Of a DNA stretch of 64,000 bases, positions 1-10,224 are shown one piece after another. The DNA is from an uncultured Planctomycetia bacterium (GTDB lineage Bacteria; Omnitrophota; Gorgyraeia; VGKH01; JBHPFN01), in the NCBI GenBank assembly GCA_964406665.1, contig CAYOSQ010000002.1, forward strand, positions 182,219-246,218, read 5' to 3'. Position numbers and translations under genes: made by a program. Position 1 is the first letter of the stretch. Every line of letters starts with the position of its first letter. The notes beneath the pieces were generated by a model, which saw only the letters and a list, made by a program, of their open reading frames with translations, was not told the DNA's origin and searched no databases.

Positions 1-380
1 TTGCGCCAGCCGCTAACTATATCATACCCCTCTTCAATCTTTTCTAGAAGTTTTGGAATGTCTGACGGATCATTTTGCATATCTGCATCTATGGGAATTA
101 AAATTTCACCTTTGGAGTGATCAAATCCTGCGGCTAAAGCAGCGGTCTGACCAAAGTTGCGACGTAGTTGAATTAATTTAAAATTGGCATTTTCACCAAT
201 GATGCTTTTAATAATTTCACAAGAACCATCTGTGCTTCCATCATCAACAAAAATAATCTCAAATGAAAAGCCATCAAGAGAGTTAACTATATTTTCCACC
301 AAAGGCTTGATACTATCTTTTTCATTGTAAATGGGCACAACTAAGCTCAATTTCGGCTCTGGTAAATTATTATTTTCCAT
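1..380 (-). CDS. Glycosyltransferase family 2 (ArnC/DPM-synthase-like), runs off window start
   Basis: Not in ORF track; hand translation from ATG at 380: MENNNLPEPKLSLVVPIYNEKD...FVDDGSTDGS...RRNFGQTAALAAGFDHSKGEILIPIDADMQNDP. Confidence 0.9.
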   Translation of the reverse strand, partial: MENNNLPEPKLSLVVPIYNEKDSIKPLVENIVNSLDGFSFEIIFVDDGSTDGSCEIIKSIIGENANFKLIQLRRNFGQTAALAAGFDHSKGEILIPIDADMQNDPSDIPKLLEKIEEGYDIVSGWR

Positions 381-418
381 AATTTGATTTCCTCGATTTT
401 TCTAGTCAAATAAGAAGC

Positions 419-450
419 AAAGGCCTCTGCGTGTCAGCGCAGAGGCCTTT
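419..450. terminator. Intrinsic terminator-like hairpin downstream of small basic protein gene
   Basis: Perfect 13-bp inverted repeat aaaggcctctgcg / cgcagaggccttt with 6-nt loop. Confidence 0.75.
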
Positions 451-458
451 TGGTTTTT

Positions 459-716
459 CTATCTTTTCTTTTTCTTTGCTTTCTTCTTCTTTCCAGCGCG
501 AACCATCTTTGCGCAAGAAATATCTCCCTGCTTATCAATAAAATACAGATATCCAGCTTCCTTCTTTATGCCAACTTTTGCTACCATAGTAGGTTTGCCA
601 CCTTTTTTGTTGCCTCTAGCCATCTTAGCTTTTGAGACATTACCTTTTTTGTCGACAAAATAAAGGAACCCCTTTTCTTTTTTTACGCCAACTTTTGCAA
701 CTTTTTTCTTTGCCAT
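459..716 (-). CDS. Small, very Lys-rich protein made of two tandem ~38-aa repeats; candidate nucleic-acid-binding protein
   Basis: VAKVGVKKEKGFLYFVDKKGNVSKAKMARG and VAKVGIKKEAGYLYFIDKQGDISCAKMVRA; strong RBS AGGAGGTGA; own terminator. Confidence 0.8.
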   Translation of the reverse strand: MAKKKVAKVGVKKEKGFLYFVDKKGNVSKAKMARGNKKGGKPTMVAKVGIKKEAGYLYFIDKQGDISCAKMVRAGKKKKAKKKKR

Positions 717-734
717 GAATAATTCACCTCCTTC

Positions 735-1562
735 CTACGTTCCGATTTTTATTTCACTTAAAATACCTTTTAATGTTGCGATTGCAGAAAGTACGGCCAG
801 ATAACTCGTTTTTGGATTATCAGGACAGGCAACATTTTCGGTTTTTGAGACTAATTTACCAAAATCTCCCATAACTTCAACTTCGTGAGAATTAGTCGTA
901 AACTTAGGAGATGTAATCAAACGTATCGTTACCTTTTCTTTTATACCAGATGCTAGTCCAAGTGCTGCAGCAACGTTAATATTTTTTGGGAACAATTTAG
1001 TAGCCATTCTAACTGACCCTTCAAAGAGCGTTGTTTCTTTACGAATAAGATCAAGTTTGATTTTTCTTTTCTTTAAGTATTCAACACCGGTAAGTGCATG
1101 CGGAGGTTTTCTTGTGGTTAGGGTTATTTTAGTAATTTTAGCCATATGAGCGGCCTTTACAGCGTCTAATCCCGAAATTGCACCAGAAGGAATATGTATT
1201 TTACAATTCTTTCTTTTAGCAAGTGAAAAGACATCATCAGCATCAATCATTCCGCCGACACTCATAATCATCACATCTCGGCCAGAAAGAATGCAACGTC
1301 TTGCTATTTTTCGGGAAATTTTTGCAGACGTTGCTTCAAAGATAAAGTTGCTACTTTTAATTAGCTCTTTTAGGCTATGTTTTATTATATTTCTTTTGTT
1401 AATCTCCGAAGCTAATGCTGAAGACTTCCCTTGATCAATATCAAAAATACCGGATAAAATAGCTTTACCTTTCAAATCCTTGGCAACAAAATTAGCTATT
1501 CTTGAACCTATTGCTCCGCAACCAATAATGCCAATTTTTAACCCTTGTTTTTTTATAATCAT
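735..1562 (-). CDS. nadX: L-aspartate dehydrogenase
   Basis: GCGAIG Rossmann motif, PSGAISGLD, FPKNINVAA, NPKTSYLA. Confidence 0.9.
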   Translation of the reverse strand: MIIKKQGLKIGIIGCGAIGSRIANFVAKDLKGKAILSGIFDIDQGKSSALASEINKRNIIKHSLKELIKSSNFIFEATSAKISRKIARRCILSGRDVMIMSVGGMIDADDVFSLAKRKNCKIHIPSGAISGLDAVKAAHMAKITKITLTTRKPPHALTGVEYLKKRKIKLDLIRKETTLFEGSVRMATKLFPKNINVAAALGLASGIKEKVTIRLITSPKFTTNSHEVEVMGDFGKLVSKTENVACPDNPKTSYLAVLSAIATLKGILSEIKIGT

Positions 1563-2404
1563 TATTTTGCAAAAGTGTTATCTATCAGTCTTGTGTTCCC
1601 AATTTTAACTGCTAGTGCAATTAGAATTTTTTTATTAATACTTTTTACTGATGCAAGGCTCGTCGGATCAACGCAAACCACATAATCAATCTTAGCAGTT
1701 TTTTTGCTGTTAATCAAGTTTTTTATCGTCGAGATTATTTTCTTAGGATCGCTTTCCCCGTCGGAAATTAGTTTTTTAGCAAGCTTCAATGATTGATTTA
1801 AAATAAGTGCGTCTCTACGTTGATTTCTTTTCAGATTCTTGTTTCGTGAACTCATAGCCAAGCCATCTTTTTCTCTTACTACCGGCATTATTTTAAGTTT
1901 GAGCTTAAAATTTAGATCCTCTATCATTTTTTTAATCACAATTGCTTGCTGAAAGTCTTTTTGACCGAAATATGCTGTTGTAGGTTGAACTATATTAAAT
2001 AGTTTTGACACAATTGTGGCCACTCCTTGAAAATGATCAGGCCTAGATCTACCACACATCATTCTGGTTATGCCGTCAACATTTATTGAGGTTAAAAACA
2101 CTTTTGGATAAATTTGCTTAACAGAAGGATAAAACAAGAAATCAACACCATTTGCTCGAGCAAGCTTTTCATCCCGCTTGAAATCTCGGGGATATTTTTT
2201 TAAATCTTCTTTAGGCGAAAATTGCAGAGGATTAACAAAGATGCTGATTGTGGTAATATCGTTTTCGAGTTTTGACTTTTTGATTAATGAGATGTGTCCA
2301 TCATGAAGATATCCCATCGTAGGAACAAATCCAATAGATAGACCCTGTCTTTTAAACCGCAAAGACAATGATGACATTTCGTTGATATTCTTAACTATTC
2401 TCAT
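1562..2404 (-). CDS. panC: Pantoate-beta-alanine ligase
   Basis: PTMGYLHDGH, RPDHFQGV, GQKDFQQ, GLAMSSRN, TRLIDN. Confidence 0.97.
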   Translation of the reverse strand: MRIVKNINEMSSLSLRFKRQGLSIGFVPTMGYLHDGHISLIKKSKLENDITTISIFVNPLQFSPKEDLKKYPRDFKRDEKLARANGVDFLFYPSVKQIYPKVFLTSINVDGITRMMCGRSRPDHFQGVATIVSKLFNIVQPTTAYFGQKDFQQAIVIKKMIEDLNFKLKLKIMPVVREKDGLAMSSRNKNLKRNQRRDALILNQSLKLAKKLISDGESDPKKIISTIKNLINSKKTAKIDYVVCVDPTSLASVKSINKKILIALAVKIGNTRLIDNTFAK

Positions 2405-2825
2405 GAGCAGTTATTTCTCTAGCAACTTCAGGTGCAATCTCTTTTAAAGGATTAATCACAAATGAACGTTCTTTCATCTTTGGATGAGGAATAATGAGAT
2501 TGTTTCTTCTTATCTTTTTTTCTCCATAGAGAAGTATGTCTAAATCAATTGGCCTAGGCCCATTCGTTATGGTTTTCCTTCTTCCTAGTTTTCTTTCTAT
2601 GCTCTTTAATGATTTGAGTAAATCGGTAGGCTTAAGAGATGTTTCTACTTCAATCGCTGCATTTAAAAAACGTCTTTGAATAACTCCTCCCTCAGGTTCT
2701 GTTTCAACTAAGGTGGAAACCTTTTTAACGCTTACTTTAGATTCTGCGAGTAGACTGATTGCTTTTTTTATATTATTTTTTCTGTTGCCCATATTTGATC
2801 CTATGCCTAAAAAAACACGGACCAT
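2391..2825 (-). CDS. folK: 2-amino-4-hydroxy-6-hydroxymethyldihydropteridine diphosphokinase
   Basis: LGIGSNMG, GPRPIDLDIL, IPHP..ERSFV..PL. Confidence 0.95.
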   Translation of the reverse strand: MVRVFLGIGSNMGNRKNNIKKAISLLAESKVSVKKVSTLVETEPEGGVIQRRFLNAAIEVETSLKPTDLLKSLKSIERKLGRRKTITNGPRPIDLDILLYGEKKIRRNNLIIPHPKMKERSFVINPLKEIAPEVAREITAHENS

Positions 2826-3976
2826 TACAAAACCTCTTTTAATCTATCCACTGCCTCGTTTATTCTTTCTTTTGCAACTGTTAACGCCATGCGCACATAT
2901 CCTTCTCCAGCTTGTCCAAATCCAACGCCTGGAGTTGCTACAATATTTGCTTTTTCTAAGAAAGCTTTCGCTGTTTCCATTGAATCCTTAAATTTTTTAG
3001 GAATCTTTGCCCAGACGTAGAATGTTGCTTGTGGAGGTTCAATTTTCCAGCCGATACTTCTTAAACCGTTTATTAAATAATCTCTTCTTTCTTGATAAAC
3101 TGAGCGCATCTGTTCAGGATAGCTATCATCAGCCTCTAGGGCAGCGATACCAGCCCACTGAATAGCTTGAAATATACCAGAGTCAACATTTGCCTTTACT
3201 TTTGCAATTGCTTTAATCATATCTGCGTTTCCGCAAACCCAGCCTATCCTCCAACCCGTCATATTAAAAGTTTTAGACAAAGAATGAAATTCAACAGCAA
3301 TATCTCTTGCTCCTTCTACCTCAAGAATACTGGGAGGCCTTACTCCATCAAAATAGATCTCTGAATAGGCCAGGTCTGATGCAATCATCATTCCTTTTTC
3401 TTTAGCAAGAGAAACTATTTGTTCTAGAAATCCTTTATCCGCAACTGCCGACGTAGGATTATTAGGATAATTAAGATACATTAGCTTTGCATCTTTGATT
3501 TTCTCAAGAGCTGGAAGGAATTTATTTTTTTGCATAAGAGGCATATTTACAACCTTACCTCCTGCTAAAATTACAGCAGAGCGGTACGCAGGATAACAAG
3601 GATCTGGAACCAAAACTTTATCTTTAGGATTAATTAATCCTAAGGGCATATGAGTAAGTCCTTCTTTTGAACCAATTAATGGATAGACCTCAGAATTTAG
3701 ATCTAACTGTACACTAAATCTTTTTCTATACCAATTAACAATGGCTTCTCTTAGTCTAGGCAAACCTGCATCAAGCGCATAATGGTGATTATTTGCACTT
3801 GCAACTGCTTTATTCATTGCTTCAATTACAAATTCTGGTGTGGGTGTATCTGGATCTCCAATCCCAAGATCTATGATATCTCTACCCTGTGCCCTTGCTT
3901 CTCTTTTTGCCTTATCAATTTCAACAAATAGATATGGTGGTATGTCTTTTAGTCTTTCAGAAAATTCTATATTCAT
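2825..3976 (-). CDS. dapL: LL-diaminopimelate aminotransferase (class I PLP)
   Basis: IPPYLF, LGIGDPD, GSKEG, YPNNPT, SLSKTFNMTGWRIG; sits in the dap operon. Confidence 0.85.
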   Translation of the reverse strand: MNIEFSERLKDIPPYLFVEIDKAKREARAQGRDIIDLGIGDPDTPTPEFVIEAMNKAVASANNHHYALDAGLPRLREAIVNWYRKRFSVQLDLNSEVYPLIGSKEGLTHMPLGLINPKDKVLVPDPCYPAYRSAVILAGGKVVNMPLMQKNKFLPALEKIKDAKLMYLNYPNNPTSAVADKGFLEQIVSLAKEKGMMIASDLAYSEIYFDGVRPPSILEVEGARDIAVEFHSLSKTFNMTGWRIGWVCGNADMIKAIAKVKANVDSGIFQAIQWAGIAALEADDSYPEQMRSVYQERRDYLINGLRSIGWKIEPPQATFYVWAKIPKKFKDSMETAKAFLEKANIVATPGVGFGQAGEGYVRMALTVAKERINEAVDRLKEVL

Positions 3977-3998
3977 ACCTCTTTACCTTAACCCCTTT

Positions 3999-4718
3999 CT
4001 ACTTAACTTCGGCTAAAACATCCTGCATATCGTACAAACCGCTTTTTTTGCCAACAAGAAATTTTGCCGCAACTAAAGCACCTTGTGCAAAAATATCCCT
4101 TGTTTTTGCTGAATGAGACAGCTTTATTGTATCCACATCACTTTCAAACACTATTTCGTGATCACCAACAATTTCTCCTTCTCTGATCGATTCTATATTA
4201 TCCACTTTCTTTTTAGTTTCTGATTCAATGATGTTGGCTAAGCGCTTAGCCGTACCAGAGGGAGCATCTTTCTTGTGAACATGGTGTGCTTCGGTTATTT
4301 TTACGTCATATTCTTTAAGGTTTGTTGCGGCTTCTTTTAAAAGTATAAAAAGTAAATTAACGCCAACAGACATATTTGGAGAAAAAACAACAGGAACTTG
4401 CTTTGAGCATTCTTTGATTTGTTCAATTTGCTCAACACTTAAACCAGTTGTGCCTATAACGATTGGTTTATTTAGCTTTACGCACTGTTTTAAATTGACA
4501 ATGGTTGATTCTGGCGAAGTAAACTCTATGAGAACATCAGAATTTTTTACTTGAGCAATATCTTCGGATATCTTAATACCATTTAAAGATTCTCCAATGG
4601 AATCATGGCTTTTTCTCTCCAATAATACTGAAACAGCCAGAGAATCATCTCCTTCAGCAAGGGTACGTATGCGAGTACCCATTTTTCCCATACTGCCGCT
4701 TATCGCTATTTTTATCAT
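3999..4718 (-). CDS. dapB: 4-hydroxy-tetrahydrodipicolinate reductase
   Basis: GKMG, IGTTG, SPNMSVGVN, EAHHVHKKDAPSGTA. Confidence 0.96.
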   Translation of the reverse strand: MIKIAISGSMGKMGTRIRTLAEGDDSLAVSVLLERKSHDSIGESLNGIKISEDIAQVKNSDVLIEFTSPESTIVNLKQCVKLNKPIVIGTTGLSVEQIEQIKECSKQVPVVFSPNMSVGVNLLFILLKEAATNLKEYDVKITEAHHVHKKDAPSGTAKRLANIIESETKKKVDNIESIREGEIVGDHEIVFESDVDTIKLSHSAKTRDIFAQGALVAAKFLVGKKSGLYDMQDVLAEVK

Positions 4719-4720
4719 TT

Positions 4721-5599
4721 TTACCTCAGTAATTTATAATCTTTTAATGCTTTTTTAAGCTTTACTACATTTTCTTTCTTCATTGAACAAAGCGGAAGCC
4801 TTAGATCCGGCTGACACATCCGCATTAATCCCATAGCAGTTTTTACAGGAATTGGGTTAGTTTCAATGAACATAGCCTTTACCAGAGGTAGTAACTTGTA
4901 GTGAAGCTCTTGAACTTTTCTTATATTTCCCTTCTCAAAGTTATCTATCATAGCACTTACATCGTGAGGAACGATGTTTGCAACAACAGAAATGACTCCC
5001 ACGCCACCAATGCCTAAAAGTGGTAAAGTAAGCGCATCATCACCGGAAAGCAAGAGAAAATCGTCTCCACAAACTTTTCGTATTCGCGACATTTGTTCAA
5101 GATTTCCCGAAGCTTCTTTTACTCCGATGATATTTTTACAGTCTCTATCCAGTAGTGCCATTGTTTCCGGTTCGATATTAACACCGGTTCTTCCCGCAAT
5201 ATTGTAAAGAATTAAAGGTATTTTTACTGATTCAGCTATAGCTTTAAAATGAAGATACAAGCCATTTTGCGTAGGTTTGTTGTAGTAGGGAGAAACTTGT
5301 AAAGATGCGTCTGCGCCCATCTTTTCAGCATGCTTTGTTAACCTTATCGCTTCTGCGGTAGAATTTGAACCAGTACCAGCAATAACTGGAACTCTACCTG
5401 CTGTAGCTTCAACAGCAATCTCAATTACACGCTCGTGTTCTTCAAAGCTAAGAGTAGGAGACTCTCCTGTGGTTCCACACGGCAATATTCCTCTGGTTCC
5501 ATTTTTTATCTGAAATTCAATTAACTCTCTAAGTTTCTTTTCATCTAACTTACCGTTTTTAAATGGTGTAACAATTGCAACTATTGAACCATTAAACAT
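4721..5599 (-). CDS. dapA: 4-hydroxy-tetrahydrodipicolinate synthase (start moved to MFNGSIVAIVTPF)
   Basis: AIVTPF, GTTGESPTL, PYYNKP, YNIAGRTG, GVKEASG, ETNPIPVK. Confidence 0.96.
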   Translation of the reverse strand: MFNGSIVAIVTPFKNGKLDEKKLRELIEFQIKNGTRGILPCGTTGESPTLSFEEHERVIEIAVEATAGRVPVIAGTGSNSTAEAIRLTKHAEKMGADASLQVSPYYNKPTQNGLYLHFKAIAESVKIPLILYNIAGRTGVNIEPETMALLDRDCKNIIGVKEASGNLEQMSRIRKVCGDDFLLLSGDDALTLPLLGIGGVGVISVVANIVPHDVSAMIDNFEKGNIRKVQELHYKLLPLVKAMFIETNPIPVKTAMGLMRMCQPDLRLPLCSMKKENVVKLKKALKDYKLLR

Positions 5600-6410
5600 A
5601 GTATTCTCCTTTGTAAACAATATTTGCTTTGCCTTCAAGCCAAATATTTGAAATCTTGTTTTCTAGAAAGTCGAAATAGACATTGAGTATTTCAGTACTT
5701 AAAGTCAGCACCTTTGTTTTTATATTCTTTTTATCTTTAACTCCAGGATTCGTCTTAAAAAATGATATTATACTTGAGGCAACCGAACCAGTCCCACAAG
5801 CCAAGGTTTCGTTTTCTACCCCTCTTTCATAAGTCCTTATGCTTATCGAATCCCTTCCAGTGATTTCAATAAAATTAACGTTTGCTCCTCTGGGGGAAAA
5901 TTTTCTGTGATAGCGAATCTTTCTCCCAATGTCTTTTACATCAATTCCTGAGAGACCATCCGCAAGAATAACCGCATGAGGTACACCAGTATCAATATAA
6001 TTTACCATTAAAGGACGTGGTTCTATGTCAATAAGGATATCCAGTTTAAGATCTTTTGGGTGTGACATCTTAATTTTGGCAACACCTTTTTTGCTTTCTG
6101 CTAGCAATTTGCCGGCCATTGTCAGGATAACCTTTGTTTTTTTCTTATGCTTCTTTACAACCTCCAGATAAACAGCACAGCAACGTATTCCATTACCGCA
6201 CATTTCTGCTTCTGAACCATCAGGATTAAATATACGCATTCTAGCATCTGCACCTTTTGCCTTATCTAATACCAAAAGCCCATCGGCACCTATTCCAGTT
6301 TTTCTCTCGCATATTCTTCTGGCTAATTGCGGCAAACCAGATTTAATGCCCTCAACGATTATAAAATCGTTTCCTGCGCCAACCATTTTTGTGAATGCTA
6401 TCTTTTTCAT
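5592..6410 (-). CDS. dapF: Diaminopimelate epimerase
   Basis: GAGNDF, NPDGSEAEMCGNGIRC, TYERGVENETLACGTG. Confidence 0.96.
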   Translation of the reverse strand: MKKIAFTKMVGAGNDFIIVEGIKSGLPQLARRICERKTGIGADGLLVLDKAKGADARMRIFNPDGSEAEMCGNGIRCCAVYLEVVKKHKKKTKVILTMAGKLLAESKKGVAKIKMSHPKDLKLDILIDIEPRPLMVNYIDTGVPHAVILADGLSGIDVKDIGRKIRYHRKFSPRGANVNFIEITGRDSISIRTYERGVENETLACGTGSVASSIISFFKTNPGVKDKKNIKTKVLTLSTEILNVYFDFLENKISNIWLEGKANIVYKGEYYV

Positions 6411-7669
6411 CTTAAAGCCCTGGGAATCTCTTCGCCTCTTATAAGATCAGAGTGAACCTCTCTTTTTCTTATGATATAAAACTTATTCTTCATAACTAAA
6501 ACTTCAGCAGCTCTTAATCTTGCATTATAGTTTGAAGACATAGAAAAGCCATAAGCTCCTGCACCCATAACAGCAATATATTGGCCTTCATCAAGAACAG
6601 ATAAATTCCTATCCTTGGCAAAGAAATCTCCGCTTTCACAAACAGGTCCAACGACATCAGCCTTTGAGCCTCTGTTCTTGTTATTGATCTTTTGTAGCGG
6701 CAGTATCTCATGATAAGCATCATACAATGCCGGACGCATCAAATCATTCATGGCAGCATCAACAATAATGAACCTCTTCTTTTTAGTCCTCTTGATATAC
6801 TGGATTCTGGTAACAAGGATTCCAGCATTTCCCACAATGAACCTTCCGGGCTCAAGAATAATTTTTAAAGAAGTCTTCTTTAACATTGGTAAAACTGAAC
6901 GGGCAAACAACTCCGCAGTCATAGGCTTTTCATTTTTATAGATAATGCCTAATCCTCCGCCAATATTGAGATATTCAAGCCTAACCCCTTGTTTGTTTAG
7001 TTCAGATATAAAGCGGATTATTTTCCTAATCGCATCTATAAAGGGCTTCGATTGAGTAATCTGTGATCCAATGTGAGTATGTAAACCAACAATTTTCGTA
7101 TGGCTAAATGCTCTTCTTTTTGCAAATATATCTCTGGTAGTATTTAAATCAATACCAAACTTATTTTCCTTCTTTGCTGTTGTAATGTAATGATGAGTTA
7201 AGGCATCAACATCAGGATTAACCCGAATGGCTACCTTAACCTGCTTTTTAAGCTTTCTGGCGACAAAATTAATCATATTCAACTCAGATAGCGACTCCAC
7301 ATTAAACATGAGGATACCAGCTTTTACAGCTTGTTGAATTTCTTTGGTGCTTTTTCCCACACTGGCATATACTATTTTTTTCGGATTAGCTCCCACCTTT
7401 AAAGCTTTGTATAATTCTCCACCTGAGACAATATCCAGCCCCGCTCCTTCATTAACCAAAATCTTAACTACTGAAAGATTGGAATTTGCTTTCATGGAAT
7501 AGCAAATCAATGGCCTGGCAGATGAAAAAGCACGCCTGAGCTTATTGTAATGGTCTGTTATAGTCTTGTAGCTATATAGATAAAATGGTGTCTTAACCGT
7601 CCTGGCGATATCTTCTATCTTCGCTGACTCACAGTAAAGCTGACCTTTTTTATAATTAAACTCGTGCAT
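6407..7669 (-). CDS. lysA: Diaminopimelate decarboxylase
   Basis: YSMKAN, DIVSGGE, HIGSQI, EPGRFIV, GPVCESGD, GAYGFSMSSNYN. Confidence 0.96.
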   Translation of the reverse strand: MHEFNYKKGQLYCESAKIEDIARTVKTPFYLYSYKTITDHYNKLRRAFSSARPLICYSMKANSNLSVVKILVNEGAGLDIVSGGELYKALKVGANPKKIVYASVGKSTKEIQQAVKAGILMFNVESLSELNMINFVARKLKKQVKVAIRVNPDVDALTHHYITTAKKENKFGIDLNTTRDIFAKRRAFSHTKIVGLHTHIGSQITQSKPFIDAIRKIIRFISELNKQGVRLEYLNIGGGLGIIYKNEKPMTAELFARSVLPMLKKTSLKIILEPGRFIVGNAGILVTRIQYIKRTKKKRFIIVDAAMNDLMRPALYDAYHEILPLQKINNKNRGSKADVVGPVCESGDFFAKDRNLSVLDEGQYIAVMGAGAYGFSMSSNYNARLRAAEVLVMKNKFYIIRKREVHSDLIRGEEIPRALR

Positions 7670-9038
7670 TCAATCTCCCTTTCCAAGACTTAATTTGCTT
7701 TTGAACCAATACAGGCGATGTGCCCCCATAAGACTTCTTTAGCTTAACAGATGCCTTAGCGTTTAACAGTTTTTTTACATCCGCTTCAAAAGCATTAGAA
7801 TATTTCTTAAGCTCGCCCAAACTTAAATCAGAAAACTTTTTACCCCTATCTAAACACTTACGTACCATATTACCTACAGTATCGTGTGCTATTCGATAAG
7901 GAATACCCTTTTTGATAAGATACTCCATTACGTCAACAGCAAAGAGTGATTCATCTTCGATCTTTTTTTCTAGAGAAACTTTTTTAACCCTAACCCCTTT
8001 AAACAATTCTGCGAAAATCTCCAGTATCTCCTTAACAGAATCAACAGAACTAAATAAAGGTGGTTTATCCAACTGCATATCTCGATTATAAGAAAGTGGC
8101 AATCCTTTCATCATGATTAATACACTGGATAAATCTCCAAGAACTTTTCCTACGGTTGCACGGATTAATTCTAATATATCCGGATTTTTCTTCTGAGGCA
8201 TTATTGAAGAACCCGTACAAAATGACCAATCTATGCCGATAAAGTTAAATTCCCGCGTAGACCAAAGAATCAAATCTTCTGCAATCCGTGATAAATGAAC
8301 CGAAAGCAATGAAATAGTAGATAACATTTCTATTACAAAATCTCGATCACTTATTGAATCAATGCTATTAGCAGTTATCTTGTTAAAACCTAATTCTTTT
8401 GCAACTAGATTACGATTTATTCCTAAGGATGTTCCGCTTAAGGCGCAAGCACCAAGTGGCATAACCGCTGTTCTTTTTGAAGCATCTGAAAATCTTCCCT
8501 TATCGCGCTGAAGTATTTCTACATAGGCTAAAACATGATGAGCAAGCAAAACAACTTGAGCAGGTTGCATATGTGTATACGCCGGCATAATAACATCTTT
8601 GTTCTTATTGGCAAAAGCAACTATAGATTTTTGTAAATTTGTTATTAGATTGCTTATCGTTTTAGCTTCATCCAAACAGTACATTTTCATGTCTAATGCA
8701 ATTTGATCATTTCTTGAGCGAGCCGTATGAAGCTTGCCAGCAACCGAACCAATTCGATTTTCCAAAGCTTGCTGAACATCAGAATGTATATCCTCAGCTT
8801 TCAAATTAAATTTAAACTTATTTTTTTTGACCTTAGACAGAATTTCATTTAAACCTTTTACGATTTTTTGAGAATCCTTTAATGGGATAATTTTACTTTT
8901 CCCTAGCATCTTTGCATGAGCAATACTTCCCATTAGGTCGTACTTGGCCAAGCGTTTATCAAAAGATATGCTTGAGCTAAACTGATCAGCCAAAAGACTA
9001 GTCTTCTTTGCAAATCGAGAACCCCAAAGTTTTTTCAT
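7656..9038 (-). CDS. argH: Argininosuccinate lyase
   Basis: LWGSRF, HTARSRNDQ, TGSSIMPQKKNPD, YNRDMQ. Confidence 0.97.
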   Translation of the reverse strand: MKKLWGSRFAKKTSLLADQFSSSISFDKRLAKYDLMGSIAHAKMLGKSKIIPLKDSQKIVKGLNEILSKVKKNKFKFNLKAEDIHSDVQQALENRIGSVAGKLHTARSRNDQIALDMKMYCLDEAKTISNLITNLQKSIVAFANKNKDVIMPAYTHMQPAQVVLLAHHVLAYVEILQRDKGRFSDASKRTAVMPLGACALSGTSLGINRNLVAKELGFNKITANSIDSISDRDFVIEMLSTISLLSVHLSRIAEDLILWSTREFNFIGIDWSFCTGSSIMPQKKNPDILELIRATVGKVLGDLSSVLIMMKGLPLSYNRDMQLDKPPLFSSVDSVKEILEIFAELFKGVRVKKVSLEKKIEDESLFAVDVMEYLIKKGIPYRIAHDTVGNMVRKCLDRGKKFSDLSLGELKKYSNAFEADVKKLLNAKASVKLKKSYGGTSPVLVQKQIKSWKGRLNARV

Positions 9039-9054
9039 TTTTTCCTCTTTAAAT

Positions 9055-10224
9055 TTAAGATTGGAAAGGCATTCCCCAAAGCTTTATAAAGCCTTCGGCA
9101 AGCTTTGGATCAAACTTATCTTTTTTTCCATATGTCGCCAGCTCTTCTTTATATAAAGAATGAGGAGATCTTCTTCCTACTGAAATACAACTTCCTTTAT
9201 ACAACTTTAATCGAACATCTCCAGTAACATTTTTCTGAGTTTTTTCAATGAATTTATCCATTGATTTCTTTAATCCAGAATACCAAGTTCCGTAATAAAT
9301 CATTTCAGCATAACGTGGTGCTAGCAGAGATTTATAGTGTTGTGTTTCACGATCCAAAACCATTGCCTCTAGCTCTTTATGTGCAAGATATAGAATCGTT
9401 GCACCAGGCGCTTCGTAAACCTCGCGAGATTTGATCCCCACAAGACGATTCTCAATCAAATCTGCTCGGCCGATTCCGTGTTTACCACCGATAGAATTAA
9501 CTTTGTCAATTAGTTTAAGCAAAGAATAATCTTTACCATTAACTGCTTTAGGTATACCCTGTTTGAATGAAACAGTAATATATTGGGGATTCCCAGGTGC
9601 TCTCTGAGGATCTTTTGTAATCTGATAAGCATCTTTCGGCGGCTCTTTCCATGGATTTTCCAAAATTCCACATTCTATGCTTACTCCCCAAAGGTTTTTA
9701 TCAATGCTGTATATCTTCTTTTTTGTAACATCAATAGGTATTTTTTTCTTCTTTGCATAATCAATTTCTTGCTCGCGTGTTTTGAGATCCCAGACTCTAA
9801 CAGGTGCAATTACCTCAAACTTTGAATCTAAAATTCGGGCAGTTACTTCTATGCGAACCTGATCATTTCCTTTACCTGTGCAACCATGAGAAATTGCCTT
9901 GGCTTTTTCTTTATGGGCAACCTCTACTAAATATTTAGCTATTAGCGGGCGTCCTAGCGCTGTTGCAAGTAAATATTTATCTTCATAAATCGCATTAGCC
10001 TGCAAGGCTGGTATTACAAAATCTTGAGCGAATTCTTTTTTTAGGTCTTTGACATAGACCTTAGAAGCTCCAGTTTTCAAAGCTCTTTTTTTGATCAAAT
10101 TAAAGTTCTCTCCTTGGCCAAGGTCAGCCATAAAGCAGATTACATCATAACCTTTATCTTTAAGCCATTTTACACAGCAAGAAGTATCTAGTCCGCCGGA
10201 ATATGCCAATACAACCTTTTTCAT
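9055..10224 (-). CDS. argG: Argininosuccinate synthase
   Basis: VLAYSGGLDTS, HGCTGKGNDQVR, ENRLVGIKSRE. Confidence 0.97.
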   Translation of the reverse strand: MKKVVLAYSGGLDTSCCVKWLKDKGYDVICFMADLGQGENFNLIKKRALKTGASKVYVKDLKKEFAQDFVIPALQANAIYEDKYLLATALGRPLIAKYLVEVAHKEKAKAISHGCTGKGNDQVRIEVTARILDSKFEVIAPVRVWDLKTREQEIDYAKKKKIPIDVTKKKIYSIDKNLWGVSIECGILENPWKEPPKDAYQITKDPQRAPGNPQYITVSFKQGIPKAVNGKDYSLLKLIDKVNSIGGKHGIGRADLIENRLVGIKSREVYEAPGATILYLAHKELEAMVLDRETQHYKSLLAPRYAEMIYYGTWYSGLKKSMDKFIEKTQKNVTGDVRLKLYKGSCISVGRRSPHSLYKEELATYGKKDKFDPKLAEGFIKLWGMPFQS

